Positions 38,770 to 52,535 of a stretch of 64,000 bases of DNA are shown piece after piece. The notes beneath the pieces are model-generated. The model was not told the origin of the DNA. It worked only from the letters and a program-made list of their open reading frames with translations, and did no database searches. The number at the start of each line of letters is the position of its first letter. Position 1 is the stretch's first letter. The translations under genes were made by a program, and so were the position numbers. The DNA comes from Octopus sinensis (Eukaryota). The DNA is taken from positions 116,312,001-116,376,000 of the forward strand of contig NC_043003.1 in NCBI RefSeq assembly GCF_006345805.1. Reading direction: 5' to 3'.

Positions 38770-39700
38770 CATCAAATAAGGTGAAGGTTGTCGTGCATAG
38801 ACCTGTTCGGGATTGCGCACATTTTCGCGTCCCCCGCCAGACTACTGACGACAAGCGCCACGATTTTCGCTAACACCTTGACCAAAATCTTAAATTCTGT
38901 GTTAAGCAGAGTTATGGACTGAAAATTCCCAAGCATGTCCCCATTGTCGGCGTCCTTACCCACCCGCGTTACCACACCACAGCTACATACTTATGGCAGA
39001 CGTCTGGCAAGAGGCTGCCAAACAAATCTTGCATGATCTCAATTCATAGTGAAGATCATCCAAATCAAACGATTTGCGACTTGTGCACTCACTCATTGCG
39101 CCCCGTATTTCAGCAGCCGTTTCGAAGAAACTCGCGTCTTTCATCGAGAACCTCTGCTGACCATCGAGGGGAGAACTAAATTGCGTCACCGTACTCGACC
39201 CATCACCCTCCCCAAGAACCGTGCGAAGGCTGTTGGAAAGCCACACACATCTACTCGAAATCGAGCAGCACGCGTCCGTCCCCATCCGTCAAAGACCTGA
39301 TCCTTGTTTAGTTTCCACGTTGCATCTACTTTCCATCATCACTTGGAGTTGTGCTCCATTTGGCAGCTCGATGATATCGGAGACCTTATCCAGAGATTGC
39401 AGTTTTACTTTGATCAAAATCTCCAACTCAGTTTTTCTTAAAATATTAAAGAATATCTTATAGCGAGCGAATCCTTGCTAATACACATGCGATCAACCAC
39501 CAAATATCTAATTATGGTGGCACATCTGAAATTTTAATCTTTACCACCTGCTGCCCAAGGTACGTGAGGAGAAAGAGTAGATCCTCTTGTTTACTCTGGA
39601 CCATTGAATGTTTCGGGCCAGTGCCCCTGTGAGGAACCTCACGTTTACGAGATGCAATTCGAAAATCCCGCCTCTTACTTAGATATATAAGAGTGGACAA
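38770..39700 (-). mobile_element. degenerate L1/Tx1-type LINE fragment (EN-RT linker and RT N-terminus)
   Basis: LGNFQSITLLNTEFKILVKVLA…CAIPNRSMHDNLHL and EIRGAM…RKS…D.L.YE resemble the L1/Tx1 motifs RPITLLN.D.KILAKVLA…Q…PGRSI.DN and KSPG.DG. Confidence 0.7.
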
Positions 39701-40472
39701 CTCTATGTACTATGCTGGATGCATTTGGTGTTCGTCTGGTATGTTGAGGTTTTTGTTAATTTTTATGTGTCTTGATTATGCCTGCACTGACGATTAAAAG
39801 GTGCATTTTGTGCATTAATTATGAAATCATACGATTTGCGGCTGAATCTATTTTTAAGGAGCTCACTTCGAGAATTGCATTTCCTCGCGTTCGGTAAAAT
39901 GTATTTATAATGGTAGTTTTGATTTTAAGAATCCCTCTTAGCGTGAGGCATTTATGTATAGTAAGGCCCTTGATATAAATAAATATATTTAAAGGGAATA
40001 ATTAATTATTTTTCCCACATGAGGTTTTTCACGCTAACTACTTAATAAATTCTTATAAAGATATTATCTTATTTTAAAATGTTATATATATATACATATA
40101 TATTATATAATAATATATAATATACTTCCGTATAATTATTTTATATGCATGTATATAACATGTAGATGTAGGTACGTACATATATGTTTGTATGTATGCA
40201 TATATTTTTATTTATCTCCTATATATATATATATATATATATGTATTGTTGTATATATATACATACGCACACACACGCACATATATATATACACATATAT
40301 CAGCCCAAATTGGGAGGATGATCCGGTTGCAACTGAAGATTAAAGGCTTCGAATGACCCGTCCGTGCTTTTTGTATCGTCTATTTAGATGTTTTGCGTTC
40401 TTGTCCCATTTTGCATTTTCTATATTTATATATATATACATATATACATATATATATATGCACATATACATA

Positions 40473-40678
40473 GGCGCACCATTGGCTGTGTGGTAAGTAG
40501 CTTCCTTACCAACCCCGTGTTTCCGGGTTCATTCTCACTGCGTAACTGCTTGACCAACTTTCTTTTACTATATCTCGGGCCGACCAAATACTTGTGAATC
40601 GATTTGGTAGATGGAAATTGGAAGAATCCTGTCGTATATATGTATATATATATATATGTATATATACATATGTATATA

Positions 40679-40755
<77 letters not shown>

Positions 40756-40849
40756 ATGTATGAATATATATGTGTGTGTATATGATTGTGTTTCTGTGTT
40801 TGTTCGCACAACATCGCTTGACAACCGATGCTGGTGTGTTTACGTCCCC
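40473..40849 (+). mobile_element. SINE family B, 3'-truncated, expanded internal (TA)n
   Basis: Head and body match 7241. Confidence 0.8.
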
Positions 40850-41286
40850 TATGAGGTGTTAACTTCCATTTCTGACAATGTAGGTGCCACCCGGCACCGT
40901 CATTCACAATCAGAGACAATTGCAATTTTCATTTTTGGTTTTATGTTGCGTATATATGCGTTCGTTATTTGATAATTTTAACATTAGCATCTTGGTGAAT
41001 CAGATATAAATTCATCATTTTACTTTGCTTTATGTTTCAGTTCGAAGACTGCGGCCATGCTGGGGCCACTAACCGGTAGGATTTAACCAAACTATCCAGT
41101 GATGAAGAAGTTACTACTGATAATTTTGAAATTTTCAGGCGAAGCCAGTCTAGTGATTTAGCTTAGCTAAGGTCGGTTTTCTCCCCTGCCAATATATGAA
41201 AGCTCTTAGGGCTTTCAACTCTTATTTCTAGCAATAGGAGTGCTACCCGACACCTTCAGTCACAATTAGTAGCAACTGAAAGTTTC

Positions 41287-41323
<37 letters not shown>

Positions 41324-41538
41324 GCACACAAACACATACATATATATTATATATGTTATATGCGTATGTATGTATGTATGTATGCATAAAAAAGTTGTAT
41401 TATTAACGATTTCTTTGACTTCTACGGCTGTTTCAAACCAGCCGAGCAAAATTATTCCGTTGCCGATTGAGGGTTTCACATTTACAGAACAGTTTACTTG
41501 TAGATCATACATATCAGAGCCTACGCTCTTTTTATTAA

Positions 41539-41902
41539 ACTAGCACTATGACCCGGCGTTGCCGAGTCATAGTGCCAGTGCATGCATATACAGCTGCGTG
41601 CGTGCGCACATACGCAACTACTGTCCGAATCTCCGACTAATCATATACAGCTAGCTGGCATTCAATTGGCGTATCAAGTTTCGGGCATTTTGGCTGGGTT
41701 TTGGATAGAAAATTCACAAAAAAGTCACTTCAATTGATTTTTTAATGGCTTTGCAGGGTGACTGGGGAAATGTAAAGATGTGCACGACAACCCTTGGACG
41801 GTTTTGAATGACCACAGAAAGTGCGAGCCCCCTAACTGAAAAATTGTGGATTTATATAAAGGACACACACGCAGACATTTTGCCGTTTTTATATATAGAG
41901 AT
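41539..41902 (+). mobile_element. Helentron-type non-autonomous element, family 2
   Basis: ACTAGCACTATGACCCGGCGTTGCCGAGTCATAGT 5' hairpin; 3' end TTTTTATATATAGAGAT. Confidence 0.6.
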
Positions 41903-42114
41903 GTTATATTCATTGAGATCATATGAAAGCAGATGGGTCAGACTCTGTATATCAAACCTCCGTCTGTATTTGTATGCCAACCGTCCCTTCAAAAGTCACA
42001 GGAGGTATTTTTCCAGCTGCTACTAAGCTAATGACTGCTATGGGGAGTTAGCATGACTGGTATACTTTGTCATGAAAACATTGTGTTTGCCTTCGTGATG
42101 TAATTATGTTCAAT

Positions 42115-42172
<58 letters not shown>

Positions 42173-42227
42173 TTTTAAATATTTGTTGTGCAAGATTTTT
42201 TATGTGAAGTCGTGTGTTGAAACAGAT

Positions 42228-42383
42228 ATTGTTATATTTCGGAATGGTCATTTTGCCAGTTTAGCCAATAAAAACACATGCACTATATATATAGTGCGTG
42301 TGTTTTTATTGGCTAAAGGATGATATATGATTGTATATCTTTGATTTAAATTTCATAGCAAATGACCATTCCGAAATATAACA

Positions 42384-42385
<2 letters not shown>
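42228..42385. repeat. nested palindromic structure
   Basis: Outer arms 42228-42256/42358-42385; inner arms 42260-42286/42291-42317. Confidence 0.8.
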
Positions 42386-42427
<42 letters not shown>

Positions 42428-43904
42428 TATATAAGAATTGCATAACAGTAAGGTAACTAACAAAATTTGAAATTGTTTATCTTTATCATCGTTCGCTATA
42501 TAATTAAGGTTTGGAAAAAACTAGGATGTAAACGTGAGCAGCACATCGATAATTCACTATGTTTAACTAATTAGTTAAACCCACATTTGAGAATATGTAC
42601 CATTTCTTCGAGGCATACATTTCATCTGGAATTCCCTCTATTATATGGGAAGGCGCTATCTATTATTGGCCATTGTATAAAGTATTCGATATTATAAGGT
42701 TCCAAATAAACTTAATGATGTTACACTTTTACATATTTAAAGGATGACATATGATTGTATATCTTTGATTTAAATTTCATAGCAAGAGAACTATATATGT
42801 TTTACATGTGTTTTCACAGAACATTTATAAACTATATATTTTGTAAGGCACTTCTTTTCTATGTGTCAGTTTTGTCAGCTACTACAATTGTATAATTTAT
42901 CTAGTCTACTCTTATGATACTCCTGTTGATTAAGCAGGCATCTAATACCTTACAGTATAACAATAATGTTTTATCGTTAGAAGATTAGAATTGATCAAAC
43001 GTTGTACCTTTCTTGATACTAACGGTGTGGATCAGTGTAACATCTTTTAATGAACTGAAAATTGTAATTTAATTATTGTGGCGTAATGTTGAGCCTCTTT
43101 CTCAAGGCTTGGTTTGCAATTTCGCCATACTCTTTTGTATTACGAAGAAATATCCATTATATATTTAAAGTGCATGTCATTCCATATTGCTGACAAATCA
43201 AAATACTGTTTGATTAGATATTCGATATTTAATGTCAATTTCAAGGGGAAAAACAATTCCTAATGTTTTCTATCAGCGGAATAATTAAGGTTTTATCTTA
43301 AGTTTAAATAAAAACAAGAACTTTTCAAATTTTTCCCTTTTGGTACCCCGAATAAATGATGTGTGTTTTAAACTTATTCAAGATCCTAGTGTTACAGAGG
43401 CCCTGTTTTTCCCCCTTGGTGCTTTTTTTTTTTTTTTTGCAGGTGCTACATATGTATTATACTGTTTTGTGCAGTTTCAATCTGAAATCATTCCGTTTTC
43501 AAATTGATTTTATATTTAAATTTTCGACTTACTTTTTAGATTATAATTTAACATATAAAAGTCAGTTTTAATGTATAAAAAAATATTACTTCAGTGCTAA
43601 TTCAGCACGTTATCTACTTCTCAATCTCAGAAATATGATGAAATGAAAATGGAAGGAAAATATAGAAAACTATTTTTCTGTATTTTCTAAGGAAACGAGA
43701 TTTCTTGGTGATAAAATGACCTGACCTAAATCGTATAAAATAAAGCCGTTCAAGCGGCGTACGAGAGAACTTAGGGAGAAGTGTGTATATATATGTATAA
43801 ATACTGGCGCACATTACACTTAAATACATACACACGCACTTATATATAGTATACATACGTGTAAATATACATACGTTTGTTTGTGTGTTTGTGTGACCCT
43901 TCTG

Positions 43905-44098
43905 TCCGGCTTTCGCCATAATAGATTGCTTGTCACTACACATTATTTTCTCTCCTTGTTTCTTTCTGTATTCCTTTCTGTGGAAGAGCTTTGGCTCGAA
44001 ACATTAAAGACTTTTTCAGTTCCCGAGCGTTATACTAATACATCTGTTTGTTGTCTACACCACCTGTCTTCGTCTTTTGTTTTTGTGAATTGTCCCTA
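43905..44098 (+). mobile_element. (TA)n-associated short repeat with hammerhead-like motif (CTGTNGA core) at 43974-44009
   Basis: cttt-CTGTGGA-a-gagc tttg gctc-GAAAC-att-aaag; homologs at 62188 and 47150. Confidence 0.65.
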
Positions 44099-44119
44099 TA
44101 TATATACATACATATATAT

Positions 44120-44183
<64 letters not shown>

Positions 44184-44439
44184 TATATATATATAATATA
44201 TATATATATACATATGTATATATATGTATGTATGTATATACGGTTTTATGAGATTTGCCTTAAGTTCTCCGCTGTTATAAAGGAATTTTTTTTATCGAAT
44301 ACCTGAATTTTGTGTCTTCTGTCGATGTATTCATATAGTTCCTATATTGAGGACTACATGGTTGTTCTATATATGGAATTAATTCCTTAATTCCTTCATC
44401 CCTTCTCCTCATCAACTTTCTTCTTCTTCTTCTACCCTA

Positions 44440-44690
44440 CCAAGAATTCACAACGACCTCGAACACACAAGTGCAAACAAGAGAGACAGATAAAGGCAGA
44501 AACAAGAAAAATGCCACTTATATTTGAACACTATACAAATATTCCTTTAAAAAATCTTTTCTTTTAATTTTTCTAAATTTAATTATTTAATCGTTACAGT
44601 TGAAAAGGTCTCAAAATGACCGGAAACGGTACTGAAATGTTCTTTATAAAATTATTTTAGCATTTTCTATCTTAACTTGTTTTTTCATAT
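44440..44690 (+). mobile_element. family F repeat between (TTC)n and (TA)n
   Basis: Homologous to 23705-23880. Confidence 0.65.
44594..44637 (+). ncRNA. minimal type I hammerhead motif with U3-A8 core pair
   Basis: ttacag-TTGAAAA-ggtc tcaaaat gacc g-GAAAC-g-GTA-ctgaaa. Confidence 0.65.
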
Positions 44691-44693
44691 ATA

Positions 44694-44794
<101 letters not shown>

Positions 44795-45346
44795 ATATAT
44801 GTTTGAGTGGATGCGTGTATTTGTATTGTATGTATGTGTTAGTACGTATGTGTGTAGTATTAACTTCAATGCTATTGTTTATTAGCGTTTATTCTATTTT
44901 GTTAAGAGACCACACATTCTGTTTGAACACAAATTCAGCTTCAATCGTTTCGTTAATCCGTCTAATAGGCTAACACCGTTAATCTGGTTCGCATGACACT
45001 TCACCAACCCGATGCATTCAATGATAGAAAGTAGAATATGAATTAAGAATGATGCTGTCATTTAGGCACACCATTAACCCGTCTCCTATACGCACTCACA
45101 GAAGGACATATATACTCGAAAGTTTTATGCCTTGTAAAACTCAGAATACTTTTCTTCTTGCAAACTGCAATTATAATATCATCCATTTGAACAGCAATTA
45201 AATAAACCATACTGTTCTATGCAGAACATAATTACATCTTGCTATAGATTAGGTTTTTGTAACCTTGTGAAGAAACACATATGAAAATATGGAAAGAATC
45301 GCGTTTGTTTTTGACGTTGAAAAACTCCAAATATTTTATATAAAAC

Positions 45347-45693
45347 ACTAGCAGTATCGCCCGGCGTTGCTCGGGTTTGAAAGGGAAATAACTATATAAG
45401 CATTTTTAGAGAGTTATAGCCAAAAAATAGCAAAAAAATGCATTAAAATGGGAAGAAAATGATGGTAATTTTTTTTTTTAATCGTTGATTCATCGTAGAC
45501 ATTTTTAGAGAGTTACTTCCCTTATATAATAGCGAAGAAAATCGTAGACTCATCATAGACGCGCGCTAATACCCAGAAGGTTCGATATGAATCACGACTA
45601 TAAGATACCCGCTTTTGGTTAAAAATGTGGGAGTAGTTAGGAATCTAAATCGTAGGAGACAATCACACAACTTGACTTTTATATATAAAACAT
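45347..45693 (+). mobile_element. Helentron-type non-autonomous element, family 1
   Basis: Same termini as 8829-9223. Confidence 0.65.
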
Positions 45694-46108
45694 ATAAATC
45701 TATCGTTCTCGCCTTTTCATTTCTTCTCTCGCTGTTGTTCACCCAATTTTTTTGTGACAAGCGCGGCCATGATTTAAGAGACTTAGAGTCAAAATGCTGT
45801 AACGAAATGGCGTATTGTCGACTAACAAGACCTAATAATTAAAAAAAAAAGGATAAAATAATAAATAATAAAACAGTTAAAATAGGTAATTTCGAAAATG
45901 AAGTCTTTACATCAAGTTGTTTCTAAATGTGTTTCGGTAAAGAGTTTTATTTGGAATCCGCTCAAACACTACCAAAACCACTCCAACAAATACATGGCAA
46001 CTATATCACGTGGTCCAATCGTAACAGATCAGATAACGTTACGCTATCAATTTTAAGAGCTCTGTCTATCAGGATAATCGATTACATTTAATGAAGTTTC
46101 ATTATTTA

Positions 46109-46156
<48 letters not shown>

Positions 46157-46715
46157 GTCTAGTATTTTTATTGAATTTTTTTTCCTATTTATTCCCAGAG
46201 TCTGATTATTTACCGGAATCAAATATATAAGGACGAAACTAATTATCGCTTTAAATCGAATATAACTCTCGTTAGGATTTCAAGAAACAAGATTTCACAT
46301 AAAAATGACTTTACATTTATCACTAGATGTCACTAATTGATTGATTAAGAAAGACAATCCAGATTTGTACAATTTCAGTTTGTATAAAATGTCAATGAAA
46401 AACTAAAAAAAGCGTACTATTAATACCCTACTATGATAACAGATCGCTTAGTCGTTAAGACGATTTTCGTTTAAAATGCCACTTATATATTTAAGTAGCT
46501 CTACCTGTGAGTAACAGCGTGTAGGTTGTGTTTCAATTGTTTATAAGAGTTTTTTGGTGATAAATCTCCCAGCACTTGCGTATGCACTTCTATTATACAA
46601 GCCCCACATATACACATATGTGCATACACACAAGCACGCAGATATATGTAATTGTGTGTATATATATATATATATATATAGTATATATATATATATATAT
46701 TATATATTATATTAT

Positions 46716-47098
<383 letters not shown>

Positions 47099-47102
47099 GT
47101 AT

Positions 47103-47149
<47 letters not shown>

Positions 47150-47150
<1 letters not shown>

Positions 47151-47310
47151 GTTCTCATTTATAGAAAGACAAAGACGAAGACAGCTGAAGGAACAAGCAA
47201 GTGTGTTAGTTTGACGCTCAGGTAAAATGGAGAATTATTTTACGCTTCTAGCCTACTCTCTACGACAAAAAGGAATAACAAGAAATAAATAGATAGAGAA
47301 TGAAAAAACG
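47150..47310 (-). mobile_element. degenerate copy of the CTGTNGA-hammerhead repeat family
   Basis: Minus strand …TTTTTGTCGTAGAGAGTAGGCTAGAAGCGTAAAA…CCTGAGCGTCAAACTAACACA… aligns loosely to 43974-44090. Confidence 0.45.
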
Positions 47311-47430
47311 TGTTGAGTTAAGTAGTCTAACATGGCGAATATACAGGTGAACAAGAAGGAGGACAGAGGGACATTTATTTGTGATCATTAGAATTATTTC
47401 CACGCAACGTAGGTCTCCAGTTTCGCAGGT

Positions 47431-47826
47431 ATCTTTATATATAAAAGTGAAGTTGTGTGTCTGTCTCCTACGATTTAGATTCCTAACTACTCCCACATTG
47501 TGCAGTGCAGTGTAACCAAAACCGTGTATCTTATAGTCGTGATTCATATCGAGCCCTTCTGGGTATTAGCACGCGTCTACAATGAGTCTACGATTAAAAA
47601 AAAAAATTACCATCAATTTTTCCCATTTTAATGCATTTTTGGCATATATAAGGGAAGTAACTCTCTAAAAATGTATTATTAAATCTCAGAACGTAAAAAG
47701 CAACAGTAACACCCCCCCCCTTTGTGGTTAGCCATATTGAGATGGCTATTATACTTTACATCTCTAAAGATGCTTATATAGTTATTTCCCTTACAAACCC
47801 GAGCAACCCCGGGCGATACTGCTAGT
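47431..47826 (-). mobile_element. Helentron-type non-autonomous element, family 1 variant
   Basis: Same termini as 45347, with a different internal module. Confidence 0.65.
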
Positions 47827-48052
47827 TTTCTAATATAACTGTTTCCCTGCATTCTGAGATGTTTTTGTTCTTCACCAGGTGATACAAAAATATTGTTTCT
47901 GTATTCCGTTATCTCAAATTTTCGGCTTCCACCGCATGCTTTCTGTCTGTCTGTTTGTCGTGGTTATGTGTTGTATATATCAAAATGTGTATTGTGTCGA
48001 TGAATCTTCTTTAAATGTACAGAGTGGGTGAGTGGCTATACTATGGATGGTA

Positions 48053-48789
48053 AGTATGTCGTCTGCTGCTACGTTCTGAGTTCAAATTCCACCGAGGTTG
48101 ACTTTGCCTTTCATCCTTTCGAGGTCGATTAATTAAGTACCAGTTACGCACTGGGGTCGATATAATCGACTTAATCCGTTTGTCTGTCCTTGTTTGTCCC
48201 CTCTGTGTTTAGCCCCTTGTGGGTAGTAAAGAAATAGGTATTTCGTCTGCCGCTACGTTCTGAGTTCAAATTCCGCCGAGATCGACTTTGCCTTTCATCC
48301 TTTCGGGGGTCGATTAAATAAGTACCAGTTACGCACTGGGGTCGATATAATCGACTTAATCCGTTTGTCTGTCCTTGTTTGTCCCCTCTGTGTTTAGCCC
48401 CTTGTGGGTAGTAAAGAAATAGGTATTTCGTCTGCCGCTACGTTCTGAGTTCAAATTCCGCCGAGATCGACTTTGCCTTTCATCCTTTCGGGGTTGATAA
48501 ATTAAGTACCAGTTATGCATTGGGGTCGATGTAATCGACTTAATCCATTTGTCTGTCTTTGTTTGTCCTTTCTGTGTTTAGCCCCTTGTGGGTAGTAAAG
48601 AAATAGGTATTTCGTCTGCCGCTACGTTCTGAGTTCAAATTCCGCCGAGATCGACTTTGCCTTTCATCCTTTCGGGGTTGATAAATTAAGTACCAGTTAT
48701 GCATTGGGGTCGATGTAATCGACTTAATCCATTTGTCTGTCTTTGTTTGTCCTCTCTGTGTTTAGCCCCTTGTGGGTAGTAAAGAAATA
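48053..48789 (+). mobile_element. SINE family A head-less tetramer (184-185-bp period) with 9-bp TSD
   Basis: Unit starts at ~48053, 48237, 48422, 48606; GGTAAGTAT at 48049-48057 and 48790-48798. Confidence 0.9.
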
Positions 48790-49641
48790 GGTAAGTATTG
48801 AGGCTCATATTAAAGGGAGTGCCAGTCTATTTTTTGTATTACTAATTCATTCGTTATGGTCGGTTACCCTTGTCACTGTCATTGGCTGGCCTTCAAGAAT
48901 TCACTGCTCGTACAGTTGACGAACTTACATGTACATAAATAGCGTTCTATATAAATCTACATATATATATAGACTCATACATACTCATACATGCGCTGAT
49001 CTATACATATACCATATATACCGGAATATAAGCTTACTTATACATATTCATATATTCACACATATGCACACATATGCACCTATAATGCAGGGAAACGGTT
49101 ACCTAACGAAATACCAGCGAACCTGGAGGACTATGTTGCGTGGATACAAACTTATTCAGTTAACCATTTACTCACCACAGAAGCCCCAACGCAAAACCGT
49201 TGGATATCATTGGGTAAAATCTGAAGGTGAACAAGCATTAAACTGTTCTCTACTACATTCTTAACAGAATATAACATAATTATATGTGTGTGTGTGTGTG
49301 TGTGCGCGCGTGCGTTTATGGAAATATATATTAAGTGTGTGTAAGGAAATATATAGAAGCGAAAAAGAGAGATACTTGGGTGTGTATTGTGAGCATGTAG
49401 GTGTAAAGTGTGTACGTATGTGAATGTCTGCAAACATGTAAATATGTATATGATAAGAGAGGAAGGAGGACAGAGAGAAAAAGAGAGAGAGAGAGAAAAA
49501 TGTTTCCAACATTAATAACAAAATATAAAATTTATTTTGAAAATCCTCGTCAATAGATGAAATATCTAATAAAGAATTATTCAAAATTCTGACTGCCCCC
49601 TGTTTCATAATATACAATACATACATACATACATACATACA

Positions 49642-49673
<32 letters not shown>

Positions 49674-49791
49674 CATATACATATACATATCTATATTATA
49701 TTAAATTATATTATAAGATTGTAAATAAAACGTGACAATCTGACGAAGTTGGAATTTCTTTGAGCAATGAATATATATATATATATATATA

Positions 49792-50046
49792 CAGTATACA
49801 CTTAAACACATAAGAGGTATCCGTCATAGGATTCCTTGCATGCTAGAAGGAACAGCCAAAATCCAAACCACTATCAGGGATAAACTTCGGAGGGAATGAA
49901 AAATACAAACATTTACCATCTATCTATGCTTTTATTTTTCATTCCTTTCGAAGTTTATCCCTAATAGTGGTTTGGATTTTGGCTGTTCCTTCTAGCGTTT
50001 CAGGAGTCCTATGATGCATACCTCTTATGTGTTTAAATGTACACTG
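49792..50046. mobile_element. Tc1/mariner-type MITE (255 bp, ~115-bp imperfect TIRs)
   Basis: TA|CAGTATACACTTAAACAC … GTGTTTAAATGTACACTG|TA. Confidence 0.75.
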
Positions 50047-50138
50047 TATTTATATAAATAATATATAGTCTATTGACTAATTTTTTTCTACACGCTAGGC
50101 CACAGGTAGTAAAAATTTCTAAACTTTTTCTTACCTTG

Positions 50139-50179
<41 letters not shown>

Positions 50180-50370
50180 CACAGACAAATATGTGTGTGT
50201 GTGTGTGTGTGTGTGTGTATCGTGCTTAATTATTTCATTAGTGTATATTCTATTTACAACATTGTTGACTATGTATTTCCTCAATATTTGTTGAGCTTCG
50301 TAGAATTTTGGGGAACATATCGAGAATATAATTTATATGCTTAACTAGAAGAACCTGTGAAGCATAGACC

Positions 50371-50482
<112 letters not shown>

Positions 50483-50879
50483 AAGAAAAGAGAGAGACTA
50501 TAGAATACTATATACATACGTATTGATTTAAGGATCCAGTGAACGTAGATTAATACTCATTGAAAGAGAGAGTATAATAAATAAATACATTAGAATAATG
50601 AAATAGTATAATAAAAAAGAAGAGGTAAAATAATAAATATTTATAATAAATATTTGCTTCCTGAAAAAAGATTTGCTTTCTAAAAATATCGATTGACGAA
50701 CCCGTAGTATTTAAGTAAATAAACCGTGTGGTTCAAAATGCAACACAAAATAAAATAATGGACAAATAAATGGAAGGAAAAGAATGATGGAAAAAAAACG
50801 TGAAAGTAAGGTTTTTCTAAAATTCTCAGTGCCCCAATAATTACAGGTATAAATCAGCACTTGTAAGCTGGATAGAGTA

Positions 50880-51084
50880 CTCTCTTTACTCTTTTACTCT
50901 TTTACTTGTTTCAGTCATTTGACTGCGGCCATGCTGGAGCACCGCCTTTAATCGAGCAACTCGACCCCGGGACTTATTCTTTTGTAAGCCCAGTGCCTAT
51001 TCTATCGGTCGCTTTTGCCGAACCGCTAAGTAACGGGGACATAAACACACCAGCATCGGTTGTCAAGCAATGCTAGGGGGACAA

Positions 51085-51139
<55 letters not shown>

Positions 51140-51304
51140 CACGACGGGCTTCTTTCAGTTTCCGTCTACCAAATCCACTCACAAGGCTTTGGTCGGCCCG
51201 AAGCTATAGTAGAAGACACTTGCCCAAGGTGCCACGCAGTGGGACTGAACCCGGAACCATGTGGTTGTTTAGCAAGCTACTTACTACACAGCCACTCCTG
51301 CGCC
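50880..51304 (-). mobile_element. SINE family B, full length, inserted in an RLE LINE
   Basis: Complete head and tail; AGAGTA duplicated at the flanks. Confidence 0.9.
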
Positions 51305-51305
51305 T

Positions 51306-52080
51306 GCAGAGTAACTGCAGATTTTTCAATAGTTCAGCATGGGTATTTTCTTTTTCACTGATCTTTAGCTTTATGTTAATATTCGCCAGGTAGCTGAATT
51401 CCACGACTGTACACATATTCTCTTCTCTATCACAAATCCTTATTTATTATGTTTACAGTTTATTCAGGTTTTCACTGAGACATTCCACGAGTACTCTTTT
51501 TATTTTATTATGAGTGGCAATGGCTTCGACCTTAATATGGGTTCGTATTTCTTTCTCCTCGGGATTATCCTTCCGACGGATTTCATTATAGAATTCCAAG
51601 TCATGTCTCATCGGTAGATAATTCTGTAATGACATTTTCGGAAACCGCTTATTATGCGGGTGATATCTTCGGTATTATCTCCAAAAAGTCTGCATCGGTC
51701 GTCACATTTTACTGCTTTTGTGCATCAGGTATTTGGTTGATATTTCTTGTTCCTGGATTGCAAACGTGTGCCTTTCAAAGTACGCGTTAATAATCTAGTT
51801 GGTGGTCCCTAATAAACTGCTTGGATGGTCAATGTTACTATAATCTCGGAGCTTTCTACTAACATATCTTTGCAAAAACTTCTGCTCAGATACGCTCAGC
51901 CTTTCCTCTTAAGATACGTTGCGGGAGAGTCGCACGGCTTCTTTAGGCTTGTAGTTAAGGCCATCAGAAAAAGAATGCTGCTTAAGGAGCTTTCCAAGTC
52001 TCATGATGTTAGCAGCCCCAGATATAGAAACTTGGTCAAGGGATGCACTTCGACACTTGTGGTTAAATGATGTTGCGAAG
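51306..52080 (-). mobile_element. RLE-type LINE fragment (third family)
   Basis: YLPMRHD…YNEIR; IRI.DR.E..CTVVE.S..A..NI..KISEKEN…L; homologs at 62770 and 55590. Confidence 0.75.
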
Positions 52081-52162
52081 GGATATGATATGACATTCAA
52101 AGCCCGTCCATATTGATGGACGTCATGTTTTCGTTTTAGGTAGAGGCAGTTGAGATCACTAT

Positions 52163-52231
<69 letters not shown>

Positions 52232-52503
52232 TATAGGGATTGCATCGATTTGACTGCGTCATCAATTTCGCTCCTATTTGCTTAACCAGCTTACACAAAT
52301 TCAGCAGAGTTCAACGATGCTTTAGTTGTGAAACCTTGTGTCCCATGGGCATCAATATTTTAAAGAAACGATTAACTTATTTTATGCACAGAATCCTAGA
52401 ATCAGTAAATGGCTTATTGTATTTTGAATACGTTATTTAACAATGGTAAATAGTATATATGTTTGAGCCTGCGTGTGTGTGTGTGTGTGTGTGCGTGCGT
52501 GCT

Positions 52504-52535
<32 letters not shown>

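Noticed and set aside
48053-48789. Regularly spaced repeats resembling a CRISPR array
   Set aside because: Whole units are repeated with no unique spacers, there are no cas genes, and the sequence is SINE in a eukaryotic context.
49792-50046. Hammerhead within the fold-back element
   Set aside because: No CUGANGA core on either strand; the TA-CAGT…ACTG-TA ends fit a Tc1/mariner MITE.
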